From Blastocystis sp. Blastoise (lineage: Eukaryota; Protista; Bigyra: Opalinata): a stretch of DNA of 64,000 nt. Below, piece by piece: positions 46,936-64,000 of the stretch (within the stretch, counting starts at the first letter, position 1; each line of letters begins with the position of its first letter). The DNA lies in NCBI GenBank assembly GCA_039096225.1, contig JBBPEB010000032.1:1089934-1153933 (forward strand), written 5' to 3'. The notes below the pieces were generated by a model. That model was not told the origin of the DNA, ran no database searches, and worked only from the letters and a program-made list of their open reading frames with translations. A program made the position numbers and the translations under genes.

Positions 46936-47056
46936 GAACAACGTCGAGCAGAATTTATTCTCGAAGATACAGACTTCGTCTTAAAAACAAGATAGAAAAG
47001 TTAAGTACAGAAAATGAAGAATATTTACGTGTAATTAAAGATTTACTAGCAAATTG
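46936..47056 (+). pseudogene. bZIP-like exon remnant
   Basis: SRIYSRRYRLRLKNKIEKLSTENEEYLRVIKDL resembles a basic region plus heptads, bounded by TAG and GT. Surrounding exons are disrupted. Confidence 0.45.
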
Positions 47057-48628
47057 TATTAATATTAAGAAAACTATTGATTATTTGTTAGCTGATTCTA
47101 GTATAGAGAAGTGATTTAAAAGTCTAAAATATATTGAACATTTATATTTTATAGATAGATGTCATAAATAATTATATCATTAAGAAATGATATCACAAAT
47201 ATAAAATATTATATAATTTTTTTTTAATTGTTTTAACATGCTATTTTAATAAATATTCAATATTTTTTGTTAAAACCTACAAATAATAAAAGAAAATAAA
47301 TGTAAAACAAAACATAAATTATAAGAAAAGAATCAATGAAAGAATTTTCAAGACGATGATGAATTATATTATATTGAAATATATAGTTTTGATGAACAAA
47401 TGAATTTTTAAGTCTAGATATAATATTGAAAAATATTTCTTAATAATAAAAAAACAAATTAATTATATCAAACGCAAATCTATATGAACAAAGTATTCAT
47501 TATAATTGATATATCTTTTCTTCAAAATTTGGTTGAATCAAAAATTCATCACTTGATTTTAATATTTTTATAATATCATCAAATTTACTCTGAAGTCTTT
47601 GCAATATATAATGATAATAAGCATTTTTTTTGCATATATCGTTGTTTTTTCTTTTTTGTCTAATTCTGAATTCATTAGAATACCTTTTACTTTGTAATTT
47701 TTCTTTACAATAAAGTCATAATTAATATATATGTACTTTTTTCTTTTTTATCATCTATATTTAGTTTCTTTATAATCGACGGCGTTCTAAAAAAATATTT
47801 ATATATTATATATAATTACTTTTGAGTACTAGTTTCAACATAATTTTGATTATTATTTGATTTATATATACTATTTTCATCTAACATAATATTAAATAAT
47901 TTTATGTATAATATATTAATAATTTACTATTTTGAATCGAATTATTCATTTTTTATATAATATATAAAACCTAATATATATCAGAATATATAAACAGTAA
48001 TAGCTAAAAAAATATAAGTCATATAATTTTTTAAATTCAATTATTAGACAATAAATGTTGTAACTCTCATATTTCTATTTCTATAAACAACAATTAAAAA
48101 AATAGAAACAATATATATATATGTTTTTTATGGGAAACTTGCTATATTTCTAAAAAGCAACTATATTACATGATAATAATAATATAAGTTGTAGAAAATA
48201 TTATTTAATAAATGATTAAATATATTTAAAAACATTTTATACTTTTTTTAATAGTTTTCTGTTTCCTCTCAACATTTTGTGACAATTGAGAAGGCTTCCA
48301 TAAAAATAGCTTTACTCAGATTTATTATGATTCAACATTATAATATATATGTTTTTATTTATTAAAAATATAAGAAAGTGTTATTTTTTTAGATAAATTC
48401 CAAAGAGGCAAAAAATAAAATCTTAGGGAAGATATTAACAAAAGAGAGCATGAATTCATTGTTTATGTTAAGATCATAAATGTTATATTCTTTTTATTTT
48501 ATATATTTCAACAACAAGAGCTTAATTATTATAAAAAACAAAACAATAAAATAAAAGATGTATAATTAATAAATTTGTAATTACATTAATCATGAAATAA
48601 TAATAATAATCAAGAAAAATAGATTAAT

Positions 48629-50273
48629 TTAGTGATATTTACCATCACCAATTATTTTATGCTTTATATTTCTTCTTATATAATTCATAGGAATAAAACC
48701 AATTGATTTATAATATTCATATACATCGTATATCGACTTTTGTTCTTCTAATACGGACATATCAGGTACTTTTATATTATGATAACCTTTCAATTTCATT
48801 ATTTTATTAGAAGAATAATTGGAACGAAATGTATCATTTTGAGTATTCTCAGTTGGAACAGATGTTATATAACTTTTAGTTCCACATTCAATATTATTTG
48901 TTGTACAAAATCCAATATCTTCACCAAATGATAATGTATACAATTTATATCTTAAAAATATTTTTGACATCTTTGGAGAATAAAAAATAACATTTCCTAC
49001 ATGATCATATCTCTTATATTTACTTTTTGTTCTGTTAAGAAGAGTTCTATTAGGAGAAAAAAAATTCAATTCTCCAAGTTTCCCATATATAACATTATTA
49101 TTACCTAGAAGATTTGTTACATTCTTAAAAATATCATGCTCAGCAAGAAAATAGTCATCATCAATAGCCATAACATATTTTGTATCAAAAATAGAAGAAG
49201 TATAAAGTCTAGCATGATATTTCATATTCCAATTTGGAGACCATATATAATATATAGGAAATTTGCTATTTTTAAATATATTACTTGGTATTTCAATATA
49301 ATGAAGACTTTGAAGAATTACTAAGTATTCAGGTAGACTATTTTGAATTGATAATCCTTGAATCATTCTTTCAATATTATCTCTTTTATAAACTGGAGTT
49401 ACAACTGAAATTGAAAGATTTTGTTGAAATTTATAAGTATTACAAAAAAATACATATATTGAATTAGTATAATAGTTATTTCCATTATTATTGTTTTTTA
49501 AAAAGAAATTATAATTCATATTGTATTTCTGATTCCTTAAAAACGAATAAATAGTATTCATTACTGAAGAAGATTTTAGATTTATTGTTGTATATGTTAA
49601 TAATTTACGAATCCATTTTTGTTTTATTATTAAACATCCTGATATTAATTTATTATCATTATTTTCTGATATTATACAAGAAAATAAATCAATTTGATTG
49701 TTTTCTAATGAATATATTGTTTCATCTAACCAATTTGATGTCATTTTATCTTTTATTTGAGTATTAATTTCATTTTCATCAATATAAAATACATAATCTT
49801 CTTCATAATAAATAGATAACATAAAAGCATAATGATCTAAATCATCATAATTTTGAAAAATACAATAAGGAAATGAAAAATCATTACAAATTGTATTTTT
49901 ATAATCTATTGAAGTAGAATTATTGTTTTTATCTCTTTGAATGATAAATATTTGATCAAAAAGAGATGTTCCATTATAAAATGTAGTAATATCAAGAGTA
50001 TCAGCAGTAATTTTGTTAGTTTGAATGACTAAGGCTATTTTCCTTGGATTAGTATAAAATCTGATTAAGTTAACATCTATATTATATTAGAGAATAATAA
50101 TAATAAATACTTTTTTTGGTAGTATTTATATTTGAATAAATTGTTAGGTTGCTATTAAATTTTTGTATATGAGGAGAAACAAGTATTTTAGTATTATTTT
50201 TATAGAAAAAACAAATTGAAATTATAAAAAAGATAATAATAATATGACATTTGAAATTAGTATGAACAGACAT
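48629..50273 (-). CDS. Type II membrane GT-A fold (GT2-like) glycosyltransferase
   Basis: N-terminal hydrophobic anchor; one short intron (~50076-50110); ISVVTPVYKR...YVMAIDDD with a DxD motif. Confidence 0.75.
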
Positions 50274-50572
50274 TTTTTAATGCAAATTATATGTCAAAAT
50301 ATTATTATATATATACATATATTTGCCACTCTATTATATAAATAAAATAGCAACAATATTATGACCACAATTTCATTTTAAAATTTTTACATATAATGAA
50401 ATCAAGATATATAAAAACATTTTTTTATTTTTTTTGAGAAATATAAAAAAAAATAGAAACAATGTGAAATAGTAATAAAAGTATTTGTTAGTCATATATA
50501 ATTTATCAACAATAAAATAAATCAATTTATATGCTTCGATTATATGATATAAACTATTTTTCGACATAAGAG

Positions 50573-50603
50573 GTGATTTTTTGTGACCATCACAAAAAGT
50601 CAC
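50573..50603. promoter_or_regulatory. 14-bp-arm palindrome between divergent glycosyltransferase genes
   Basis: GTGATTTTTTGTGA-CCA-TCACAAAAAGTCAC. Confidence 0.35.
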
Positions 50604-51071
50604 TTTTTCTCTGACTTTTATGGCAGAATATAGTAATAATTTTTTTTTCACTGTCAAAAAAATAACAGAAGTGCCACAATTTTTGTGACAATTGCTTCTC
50701 AACATAAAGAAGGAACTTAAGGAAGAGACTCATTATAAATGTATACTTAAAATAAAAAATAAAATATTGTCCTTAACATAAACATGAATGTTATTAATCA
50801 AAAATTTTAATACATTATGGTTAATAGTTTTTCATAGGTGAAATTGATTGTCTTATTATAATGTTTCTTCATGCATGCACATTTTTTTTTTGCTTATTTC
50901 TTTTAACCACAAATTAAAGAATATTTTTGAGAATAACAAAAAGTTTCATCATTATTAATTCATATTAATAATAAATATTAATAAAGTCATATAATTACAA
51001 TTAATTTTTGTAATAATTATTCAAAAGGGAATAGAACCATTTTAAAGAGTTATTTCTTAGTAGATATAAAA

Positions 51072-51194
51072 ATGACCTTCGTTAATAAAAAATTTACTTT
51101 TAAAGTTGCTTTTTATATGATATGTATAAGCTACATTCTATTGGTGATAAAAATATATGAATATATCTATTTGGAAAAACTTATTCCATTCGCT

Positions 51195-51291
<97 letters not shown>

Positions 51292-52709
51292 TTTTTTAGA
51301 AAAGTAATACCATTTTATATCAAGATGTAAAAGCAGATAGTTACGAATCTGTTGAAATCAATATTTCATCTAGAAATAATGTTAGTAAAGAAATGTACGA
51401 AACTAGAAGAAATACATATATAGATGAACTTAGTATATATTTATTTATTCATAAATATTCAACATATTTAGAAAAAATTCAAATATGTAAAGTGGATTTT
51501 GAATCTCCAATATGTGATGCATCTTTAAACTCTACAGAAAAAGAATTACTTGATAAATATTATGATGAAAATAGCATTCATACAAAAAGATCGTTGATTA
51601 TTCTTGGAACAACATTAGTAGTTACAGTATTATATATATAATATTATAATATATTATTTAGAATCAAACATCAAGAATTTTCATTCAAAATTACTTTATT
51701 GATAGCATTCTTATATTTCAAAAATATACAAATATAAAATTTGTTATTTTCACTGATAATGAGATAATAATTGATGAATGTATTAAAAAGAAAATCTACT
51801 ATAGTAATGAATGTATGCTTATTTAAAAAATTATGATTTTATGAAAATATAGTTGAAGTTAATGAATATAATGTTCCAATACTCAAATCTATTATAAATA
51901 CTTTAGAATTTAATTATGAATCATGGTTTTATGGATATGTAAATGGAGATATATTATTGAGCTTGAATATTCAAGATGTGATGCTAAAAATAATGGAATC
52001 TATGTATGCAAAAGAATTAAAACAAGAAGTAATTATAGTAAGTACACGATCAAATGTGGAAGATACATTCTTCTATAATAAAACATTTATTGATGATTAT
52101 GAATATAATGCACTTTTAAATGAAGCTTATAAAAATTCAACATATTATCTTCCAAATGCAATAGTAAATTATATATATTTTTTAAATTTTATATTTATAA
52201 CAAATATTAGGATTTGTTTATTTCTACAAAATATACACTTACAAATCATTTATTTGATGATGCTGTAATAGGAAGATATTTTATAGATAATTATATAATG
52301 GATAATGCCAATTTTAGAAGTGAATATGTTGATGTTATAGATATCACACCAAGTAGTATGATATTTAATTTTTTATTAATGAATTTAAAAAACAATATAA
52401 TGTATAGTGCTAACAATTCATATGTCTGGAAATGAACAATATAAAAGTGTTCAAATAGAATCAGATTTAAAGTATAACCAAAAATATTTTGCTACAGATA
52501 AGAAAGGATATTTTTGCGATATTCATCTGGCCAACTATATGGTATGAACACAACAAATTATTTCATAATTTTCATTTTTATAGATGCAAAAATCAAACAA
52601 TTCATATGTAATTATATCAAGTAATGATGAATCATATATGCGAAAAATGAAAGATGAATATAAGTTACTTACTTGTTATTATAAATATCTTATAAATGAT
52701 AAATGCTAA
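51072..52709 (+). CDS. Multi-exon type II membrane glycosyltransferase-like protein
   Basis: Signal anchor, in-frame exon ORFs, and motifs NEYNVPILKS, FYGYVNGDILL and IGRYFIDNYIM. Confidence 0.6.
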
Positions 52710-53134
52710 ATATCTATTTTTTATATTATTATCTTTTAGTATTTATAATATTAGATATATTTTTTAATTATTTGTATATAAATGAATTTCTCAAATATAT
52801 TTAAAAAATATACTTTTTATTTTTTATTTTTCATAATCATTTCAAAAACACAAGAATTTCTTGAAATGCTTTTTTTATTAGTTAAGTTCTTTTAATAATT
52901 AAGTAAATATAAGTCTTATTTAAAGTAAAAATCAGTCATTATCATGACATTAGTACAAATGTGGTGAAGTTTGTTGATATCAACGTTTTATATATGATTA
53001 TGATTACAGAACAGTACCATAAACTATTTTAAAATGTTTTCAATATAAGAAAAATATATGTTAATAATATTCAGCTTTAAAAGGTCAGACTTGATAATTG
53101 TAATATTTTCTTTAATATTATAAAAAAAAACTGA

Positions 53135-53207
<73 letters not shown>

Positions 53208-53428
53208 ATAATAAAAATTTCAAACATTATAAATAAGAGTTTAACAAACTAGTAGATAAATGAAAATGATTACTAAGTAGATGCAAATAAATGGAAGCTT
53301 TGTTTATTTTTTAGTCCTTTTATAAAATAAAAATAATTAATAAAAGACAAGTTTGTGTATAAAAATGACAATACTGAATCATAATATAGAAAACGGAAAA
53401 GAATAATAAATAATTTAATACAAAAATA

Positions 53429-53970
53429 TTAAAAGATATATTTTTCATCTGGAAGATAATGATCAAAATCAATTCCATCTAAATAATTAATAGCTTCTTG
53501 AAATGATGATTTTATATATTCTTTATATAGATAAACATTTTTTAATACTGTACATTTCTTGCATCGTAAATATGTAGTCAACAATGTATCTTTCAAGCAA
53601 TTATCAAAAGTTTCTTTTGGATATTTGACAGTATATTGATTATTTGGATGTATTAAATGTAATCTAAACAGCATACTTAGTACGTGTCCAAATTTTTCAT
53701 AAAAATAAGGTGTATTTCCTTCAATACAAACACTATAAGGTTTTGCAAATAATAATGTTATTTCACCTTGACCATGAGAAATACAAATAATATCATTATC
53801 ATAAACTGCTTTTACTTGATCTTTAAAAGATCTTTTATCAAAATATAAAATCGTATAGGAAAGACTCTATACATAATAAGAGTGAATAAATAATAAATTA
53901 TATATAAATTAACAATAAAATATGATAATATTCATAATTATAAAAAGTATTAATTAATGAATAAAAAAAT

Positions 53971-54026
<56 letters not shown>

Positions 54027-55488
54027 TTTGAAATCATTCTTCAAAATATGTTCTATTTCATCAATATTATCAAATTTTCTTCTTCCTAATCTATTAATTA
54101 CTAATGCATTATATTTTTCTTTTTTATGTCGCTCATAAGCAAATTGAAATTTATGATAAACAGATGCTCTTATATAATCTGACGTAATAATTTCTGTAAA
54201 TATACCTCCCAATATTATGTTTTCATTTCTATCAAAAAGCACCTAAATACATTAACTAATTATTAAAATATAATAAAAATAAAATATTTATTATAGAAAA
54301 ATTATAGTTTTATGATAACAATTTTTTTGAAAAAAAATTGTTATAGCAATTGATACATAAAAATTATAAACATATCATACAAGTTGATCAAAGCAAACAA
54401 TTGGATCTTTTTCAATATTTATATTAAATAGCTTTGAAATTTTTTTTCCATAAATAACGCTATAATTATAATAAGATCCATATTGCTGAACTACTTTCAT
54501 AACTTCAAGATTAAATTCTACTTCATCATTTATATTTGGAAATAAAAAGTATTCTATCTAAATATATATAATTTTTTATATCCTTATTAAAAATAAAACA
54601 ATTTACAGGTCCTTGAACATAATTTGGATCTGTAACAATGTTCATTACAGTATAAATAGCTTCTGCAACATGTCCAATATGTTTTATCCATGCAGCAAAA
54701 CACATCGCAATGTATTTATTATGAATAACAGGATGTAAATGACTTGGAAATGGAGTTGATATTTCTTCAAATTTTGTACCAAATAGATAATATTCAGCTA
54801 ATAATGTGTATTACAAAATACTTTCATAAAAAATAATTACTTGTTTTTTCAATAATTTCTGTTATTCTTCGATAATTAGGGTTATCAGAAGGATAATAAT
54901 AAAGAATTTTATAATTATTTGTATTTAAACAAATATTTGACATATATGCATATTTAAGACCCATGTGATATTTAGGCATATATATTTGATAATATGAATA
55001 ACTTTTATTTCCTCTATATATATAATTTAATATGGAATTAAATTATTTACTTTGACATATCATTAATAACAGTATCATTTATTTTTCTAAGTAATTTTAT
55101 TATTATTTTATTATATTAATAATTTACAGTGGTTTTTCTTTAATTAATTTCTTAGCACGTTGTATTGATTTCTCATAACTATATATAAAAAAAATGTTTC
55201 TATAAACATAAAAATATACTAATCATAAGTTTTCCAGAATTGTTTTATATTTTCTTTACTATATATTATTTTTGTGATATTTTGTTTAATATTCTTATTT
55301 AGAATCAATTGTTTGACATTTGATTCATTTTTTGGATAAAAAATAATATGTCGATGTGATGAAGAAAAATCATTCTCATTCCATATATATATCCTATTAT
55401 ATTGAGAAAATATAAAAATTTATATTTACAACAAAATCAAGCAAATTGAGCTTATTAAAATAATATTTGATTTATTGCTTATAATCAT
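53429..55488 (-). CDS. Multi-exon GT61-like (DUF563-type) glycosyltransferase
   Basis: Signal anchor after ATG 55488; HIGHVAEA; ALVINRLGRRKFDNIDEI; FKDQVKAVYDNDIICISHGQGEITLLFAKP. Confidence 0.7.
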
Positions 55489-55913
55489 CTTTTCTTTTAA
55501 AAATTCTATTTATTAATAGAAAATATTTATCTAATAGATAATAACAAGAAGATAAATTCTTTAAAAAAATGATATAATTTTATATTTATAAAAAAATTAT
55601 TAAATTTATAAAAGAATATAATTTGTGATTAAATATTCTATTAGGAATAGGCAAATGATTATATTAATAAATTATTTATATATAAAAAATATATATAATA
55701 TGTATATAACATATGAACTTATTATTCTGAATCATTCGACAAATTATGGAAAAATGTGAAAAGTATTTGAAATATAAAAATATCTAATATTTATTTTATT
55801 CATGTAATTCTTAATTATATTACTTGAATGTATTGACTTAAAGATGATCTGAATAATAATGATTAAATTGAAAAAAAAATTGTAAAGATTTTGTTTCTAA
55901 CAAGAGTTTTAAA

Positions 55914-59038
<3,125 letters not shown>

Positions 59039-59082
59039 GTTTTAAATATTTCAACTTGAAACAATACAATAAGAAAACAAAC

Positions 59083-60501
59083 AAAAATGAAATATTTATT
59101 TAAAAAACAGATGCACAAAGTCCATTGAGTTTCACTTGTACCAAAATGTTCTTTTAAAAGTGACTTTTCTTGTATAATAATATCAAAATGCTTATTTTTT
59201 AAAATTATATATACTTTTTTGTATTCTAATATACTTGTGTTCATACTTCAAACAGGAGAGATTTTAAGTATATATGACAATTAGATTCAATTCACTTTAA
59301 AAGCGATTTATCTTATTTAATTGTATGATATATCACTGTATAAATGAATTCTACGTTCTATTCAGTATTAATAAGAAATTTATACAATTATATTTATTCA
59401 TCATATTCGTAATATTTAGTAAATTTAACATAAAATCTATCATTAAGAGTTATAAACTGTCTATTATATACAAAAAGAAACTACTATTATAATATTTAGA
59501 AAAGTAGACATGAGTAGAGATGCATGGATAGTTTATAAAATATAGATATTTTATATAAATAATAATATATATAAATGGATGTACATGACTAGATATTCTT
59601 ATGGATAAAATAATGCAAAAAAATATATATGTTTGATTAAACTTTATTACCAAGTTGTAATTGATATATATTTATATAGAGTATAGTTTCTAGAGTTAAA
59701 TTAAAGAACCAAATTCTAATTTTCATTTTATTACATGTAATTATATTTTATACTCATTCAATATTACTTTTTTTTAAGATTGTCATAGTTGTAGTATATA
59801 CATTGATCACCCCATGATATCTTGACTCAACAATAACTTGTACTGAAGATTGAAAGCACATCAAAAAAATGCTTTTTTTCGTGAAAAATAGGGGTAAAAG
59901 ACAGGTCCATAATAGACCTCCAACCCCAAAAGATGGGCCTAAATGGACCTCCATGACAAATAGGCTTTCATCTGTCAATTACTAAAATTAATAAAAAAAA
60001 ATAAAAATAATAAAATTCATAAAAATAAATCTATTTACATAGAACACACAAGAAATATTTTAGAAAGTTAGTAATCATTGTGTACTAAAAAATAAGATAG
60101 ATTAAATAAACAAAATCAATTTAAAAATTTAAGGGTTAAATCCCATCCGGCAATAAAATGGAGGTGTCGATAACCTTCCGGCAATGGACATGATTTTTCC
60201 CTACCTTCCGAAATTTTTCTCATTTTTTGTTACCTTTAGGCAATTGATACCATTTTTGTATACCTTTAGACAATTGATGTCATTTTTGTATACCTTTAGT
60301 CAATTGATTTCTTTTGTTTACTATTAGTCAATTGCTGTCATTTAATATTCATTAGTCAATTGATGTCTTTTTATATACCATAAGTCATGACACCTTTAAA
60401 ACCTACCCAAACAACATTTTTAATTTTTAATGTATCTATTCAATTCACTATTTTATTATATCATTAGTAAAATATACTTTTAATTTTGCTAATTAGTCAT
60501 T
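59083..60501. repeat. Left arm of an apparently perfect 1419-bp inverted repeat
   Basis: Reverse complement of 61825-63243. Mirrored coordinates always sum to 122326, and the ORF track shows identical mirrored ORFs. Confidence 0.95.
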
Positions 60502-62193
60502 TCTATCTCTTATTAACTAATAATCAGTTTTTTTATTGATTTATTTTTTTGTCAATTTTTTGCACATCGTTTACTACTCTCTAATACTCATAATAATTCT
60601 GTTATTTAAATTAGATATTTTTTTGAAATCACTATTATGTCTTTACGTATTTATTTTTATTTCTATTTTTTGGATCGTATTATTATATATACGGTATACT
60701 ATAATAGCATAATATCAATAAAATCCATCTGCTATGATACATAAATCATCAATTCTTTAAAAAAACTCCACATTACTTTTTCATATTTTGTCGTTATACA
60801 TTTTCTAAGTATTCCTCCATTTAATTATTTTGTAAATAAGTATTTTGGTAGATTTCTTTTTTTAAATAAAGTACTTACTTCGAAACCAGACTTCACAGAT
60901 TGTCAATAATTTGGTCATTATTGTTGTTTATAGCATTTTATAGTTATTCCCAACAAGACACATTGTTTATTATAATAGAATTGCGAAGAAAATGTTTTCA
61001 ACTTAATAAATCAGTGAACATTTTGGTTATATTTTATACTAACAAAAAAAAATGCGTTTAGAGAGTATACTATGATAAAATAATAGTCTATGTGTTGTTG
61101 CATATTTATTTTTTAAATAAGAATATTTAAATAAATATTTTTTCAATAATAAACGAATTCTATAAGAGAAATTAATTTTTAATTTAAAAGAAAATAAGTT
61201 TTAGAGTATATATTTAATATATATTCCATTTATTATATTTATTGTATTCAATTTGATGATTAAAGTAAGTATAACGCTTTTAAATAAGATAATTGCTTAT
61301 AAAAAGCAATTAAGAAATATATGTATTCTAAAATAGTAATAAAAAAAGTCTTTTGATTTACATTATTATATGAGAGATGAGTATTAAAAGAAACTGAACT
61401 TCTTATGAAAACATACATGACAAATACTCGTGAACATCATTGATGCAGTGTTTATTTTCGTTTTTTCATTTGTTTTAGAGAAAAGTCAGAAAAATAGTCA
61501 AATATTATCATATAATAGAGAAAAAAATATATACTTTCATAAAATAAAATTCAGAATGAAAGCTATTAGTTGGTTAATAAAGCATAAAATCTAACATACT
61601 AAATACACAAACAAGTTATACTCACAGTTAATTACTAAAGACCAATTTCATAATAATATGGATTTCCAATTCTCACATAAACTACGTTATTATTGATTAG
61701 AATTTCTTATCTATGATAACAGCAAGCTGTCATAGGTATTAAAATAATATATAACTCAAAAAACAATATATTTCTAATCTATTAGAAATGCTATTAAATA
61801 ACTATAAATATAAAAAATTAATTGAATGACTAATTAGCAAAATTAAAAGTATATTTTACTAATGATATAATAAAATAGTGAATTGAATAGATACATTAAA
61901 AATTAAAAATGTTGTTTGGGTAGGTTTTAAAGGTGTCATGACTTATGGTATATAAAAAGACATCAATTGACTAATGAATATTAAATGACAGCAATTGACT
62001 AATAGTAAACAAAAGAAATCAATTGACTAAAGGTATACAAAAATGACATCAATTGTCTAAAGGTATACAAAAATGGTATCAATTGCCTAAAGGTAACAAA
62101 AAATGAGAAAAATTTCGGAAGGTAGGGAAAAATCATGTCCATTGCCGGAAGGTTATCGACACCTCCATTTTATTGCCGGATGGGATTTAACCC
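60133..62193. mobile_element. Foldback/MULE-like element: ~370-bp TIRs with ~30-bp CAATTGA subrepeats and a decayed interior
   Basis: Ends GGGTTAAATCCCATCCGG...CCGGATGGGATTTAACCC. The minus strand of the spacer shows weak MULE-like remnants (KQCVLLGITINAINNNNDQII, MWSFLKN, LCIIADG). Confidence 0.55.
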
Positions 62194-63243
62194 TTAAATT
62201 TTTAAATTGATTTTGTTTATTTAATCTATCTTATTTTTTAGTACACAATGATTACTAACTTTCTAAAATATTTCTTGTGTGTTCTATGTAAATAGATTTA
62301 TTTTTATGAATTTTATTATTTTTATTTTTTTTTATTAATTTTAGTAATTGACAGATGAAAGCCTATTTGTCATGGAGGTCCATTTAGGCCCATCTTTTGG
62401 GGTTGGAGGTCTATTATGGACCTGTCTTTTACCCCTATTTTTCACGAAAAAAAGCATTTTTTTGATGTGCTTTCAATCTTCAGTACAAGTTATTGTTGAG
62501 TCAAGATATCATGGGGTGATCAATGTATATACTACAACTATGACAATCTTAAAAAAAAGTAATATTGAATGAGTATAAAATATAATTACATGTAATAAAA
62601 TGAAAATTAGAATTTGGTTCTTTAATTTAACTCTAGAAACTATACTCTATATAAATATATATCAATTACAACTTGGTAATAAAGTTTAATCAAACATATA
62701 TATTTTTTTGCATTATTTTATCCATAAGAATATCTAGTCATGTACATCCATTTATATATATTATTATTTATATAAAATATCTATATTTTATAAACTATCC
62801 ATGCATCTCTACTCATGTCTACTTTTCTAAATATTATAATAGTAGTTTCTTTTTGTATATAATAGACAGTTTATAACTCTTAATGATAGATTTTATGTTA
62901 AATTTACTAAATATTACGAATATGATGAATAAATATAATTGTATAAATTTCTTATTAATACTGAATAGAACGTAGAATTCATTTATACAGTGATATATCA
63001 TACAATTAAATAAGATAAATCGCTTTTAAAGTGAATTGAATCTAATTGTCATATATACTTAAAATCTCTCCTGTTTGAAGTATGAACACAAGTATATTAG
63101 AATACAAAAAAGTATATATAATTTTAAAAAATAAGCATTTTGATATTATTATACAAGAAAAGTCACTTTTAAAAGAACATTTTGGTACAAGTGAAACTCA
63201 ATGGACTTTGTGCATCTGTTTTTTAAATAAATATTTCATTTTT
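61825..63243. repeat. Right arm of the 1419-bp inverted repeat
   Basis: Reverse complement of 59083-60501. Confidence 0.95.
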
Positions 63244-63705
63244 TATTATTTTTCCATTGTTTTTTTAAAATATGAAATTATATTATAACTTTTGTTAGAA
63301 ATGTAATCTTAATTTTTTCAATTTAATCATTATTATTCAAATCATCTTTAAGTCAATACATTCAAGTAATATAATTAAGAATTACATGAATAAAATAAAT
63401 TTTAAATATTTTTATGTTTCAAATACTTTTCACATTTTTCCATAATTTGTCGAATGATTCAGAATAATAAATTCATATGTTATATACATATTATATATAT
63501 TTTTTATATATAAATAATTTATTAATATATATAACCATTTGCCTATTCACAATAGAATATTTCATCACAAAGTTTGTATTCTTTTATAAATTTAATATTT
63601 TTTTTTATAAATATAAAATTATATCATTTTTTAAAAAGAATTTATCTTCTTGTTATTATCTATTAGATAAATATTTTCTATTAATAAATAGATTTTTTTT
63701 AAAAG

Positions 63706-64000
63706 ATGATTATAAGCAATTCATCAAATATTATTTTTTTAAGCTCAATTTGCTTGATTTTGTTGTAAATATAAATTTTTATATTTTCTCAATAAAATAG
63801 GATATATATATGGAATAATAATAATTTGTCATTATTGCATCCACATATTATAATACATCCAAAAAATAAATCAAATGTCAAACAATTGATTCTAAATAAG
63901 AATATAATGCCAAATATCACAAAAATAATATATAGTGAAGAAAATACAACCCAATTTTGGAAATCTTATGATTAGTACATCTTTATGCTTACCGAAACTA
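63706..64000 (+). CDS. 5' end of a diverged paralog of the GT61-like gene (runs off the window)
   Basis: MIISNSSNIIFLSSICLIL versus MIISNKSNIILISSICLIL, with the same first intron position as the 55488 gene. Confidence 0.75.

Noticed and set aside
59450-59978. Short ORFs duplicated in the palindrome arms
   Set aside because: TTG starts and no recognisable motifs; their identity simply reflects the inverted repeat.
60129-62197. TTAA TSD implying piggyBac or Kolobok
   Set aside because: TTAA is palindromic and the flanks are themselves inverted repeats, so its presence on both sides is uninformative.

Overview
Very AT-rich eukaryotic (protist-like) DNA with short GT(A)...TAG introns that are often (TA)n- or (AAT)n-rich, and the standard genetic code in intact genes. 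It is mostly a nest of DNA transposons and captured gene fragments. (1) An 18.5-kb Mutator-like element (522-18996, 9-bp TSD ATCTAATTA) sits in an intron of a small gene that is head-to-head with an intact spliced CACTA/EnSpm transposase (19762-23659). Its cargo includes ORF-less spliced units, two long purine/pyrimidine-skewed tracts and two non-canonical tRNA-like cloverleaves (13422-13490, 17626-17692). (2) A ~19-kb minus-strand train of joined host-gene fragments: decayed exons, SNF2/BRG1 HSA-ATPase, midasin-like AAA/vWA, a Cys-rich exon, then decayed sequence. A 5.4-kb non-autonomous CACTG element (29521-34963, TSD AAA) splits the midasin-like part. (3) A hairpin MITE and a TGACGTCA tandem array. 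(4) Three glycosyltransferase-like genes. (5) A frameshifted hAT element (55914-59038, TSD GTTTTAAA). (6) A large palindrome centred on a MULE-like element, whose right arm carries a paralog of the GT61-like gene. All calls are by eye; no databases were searched.
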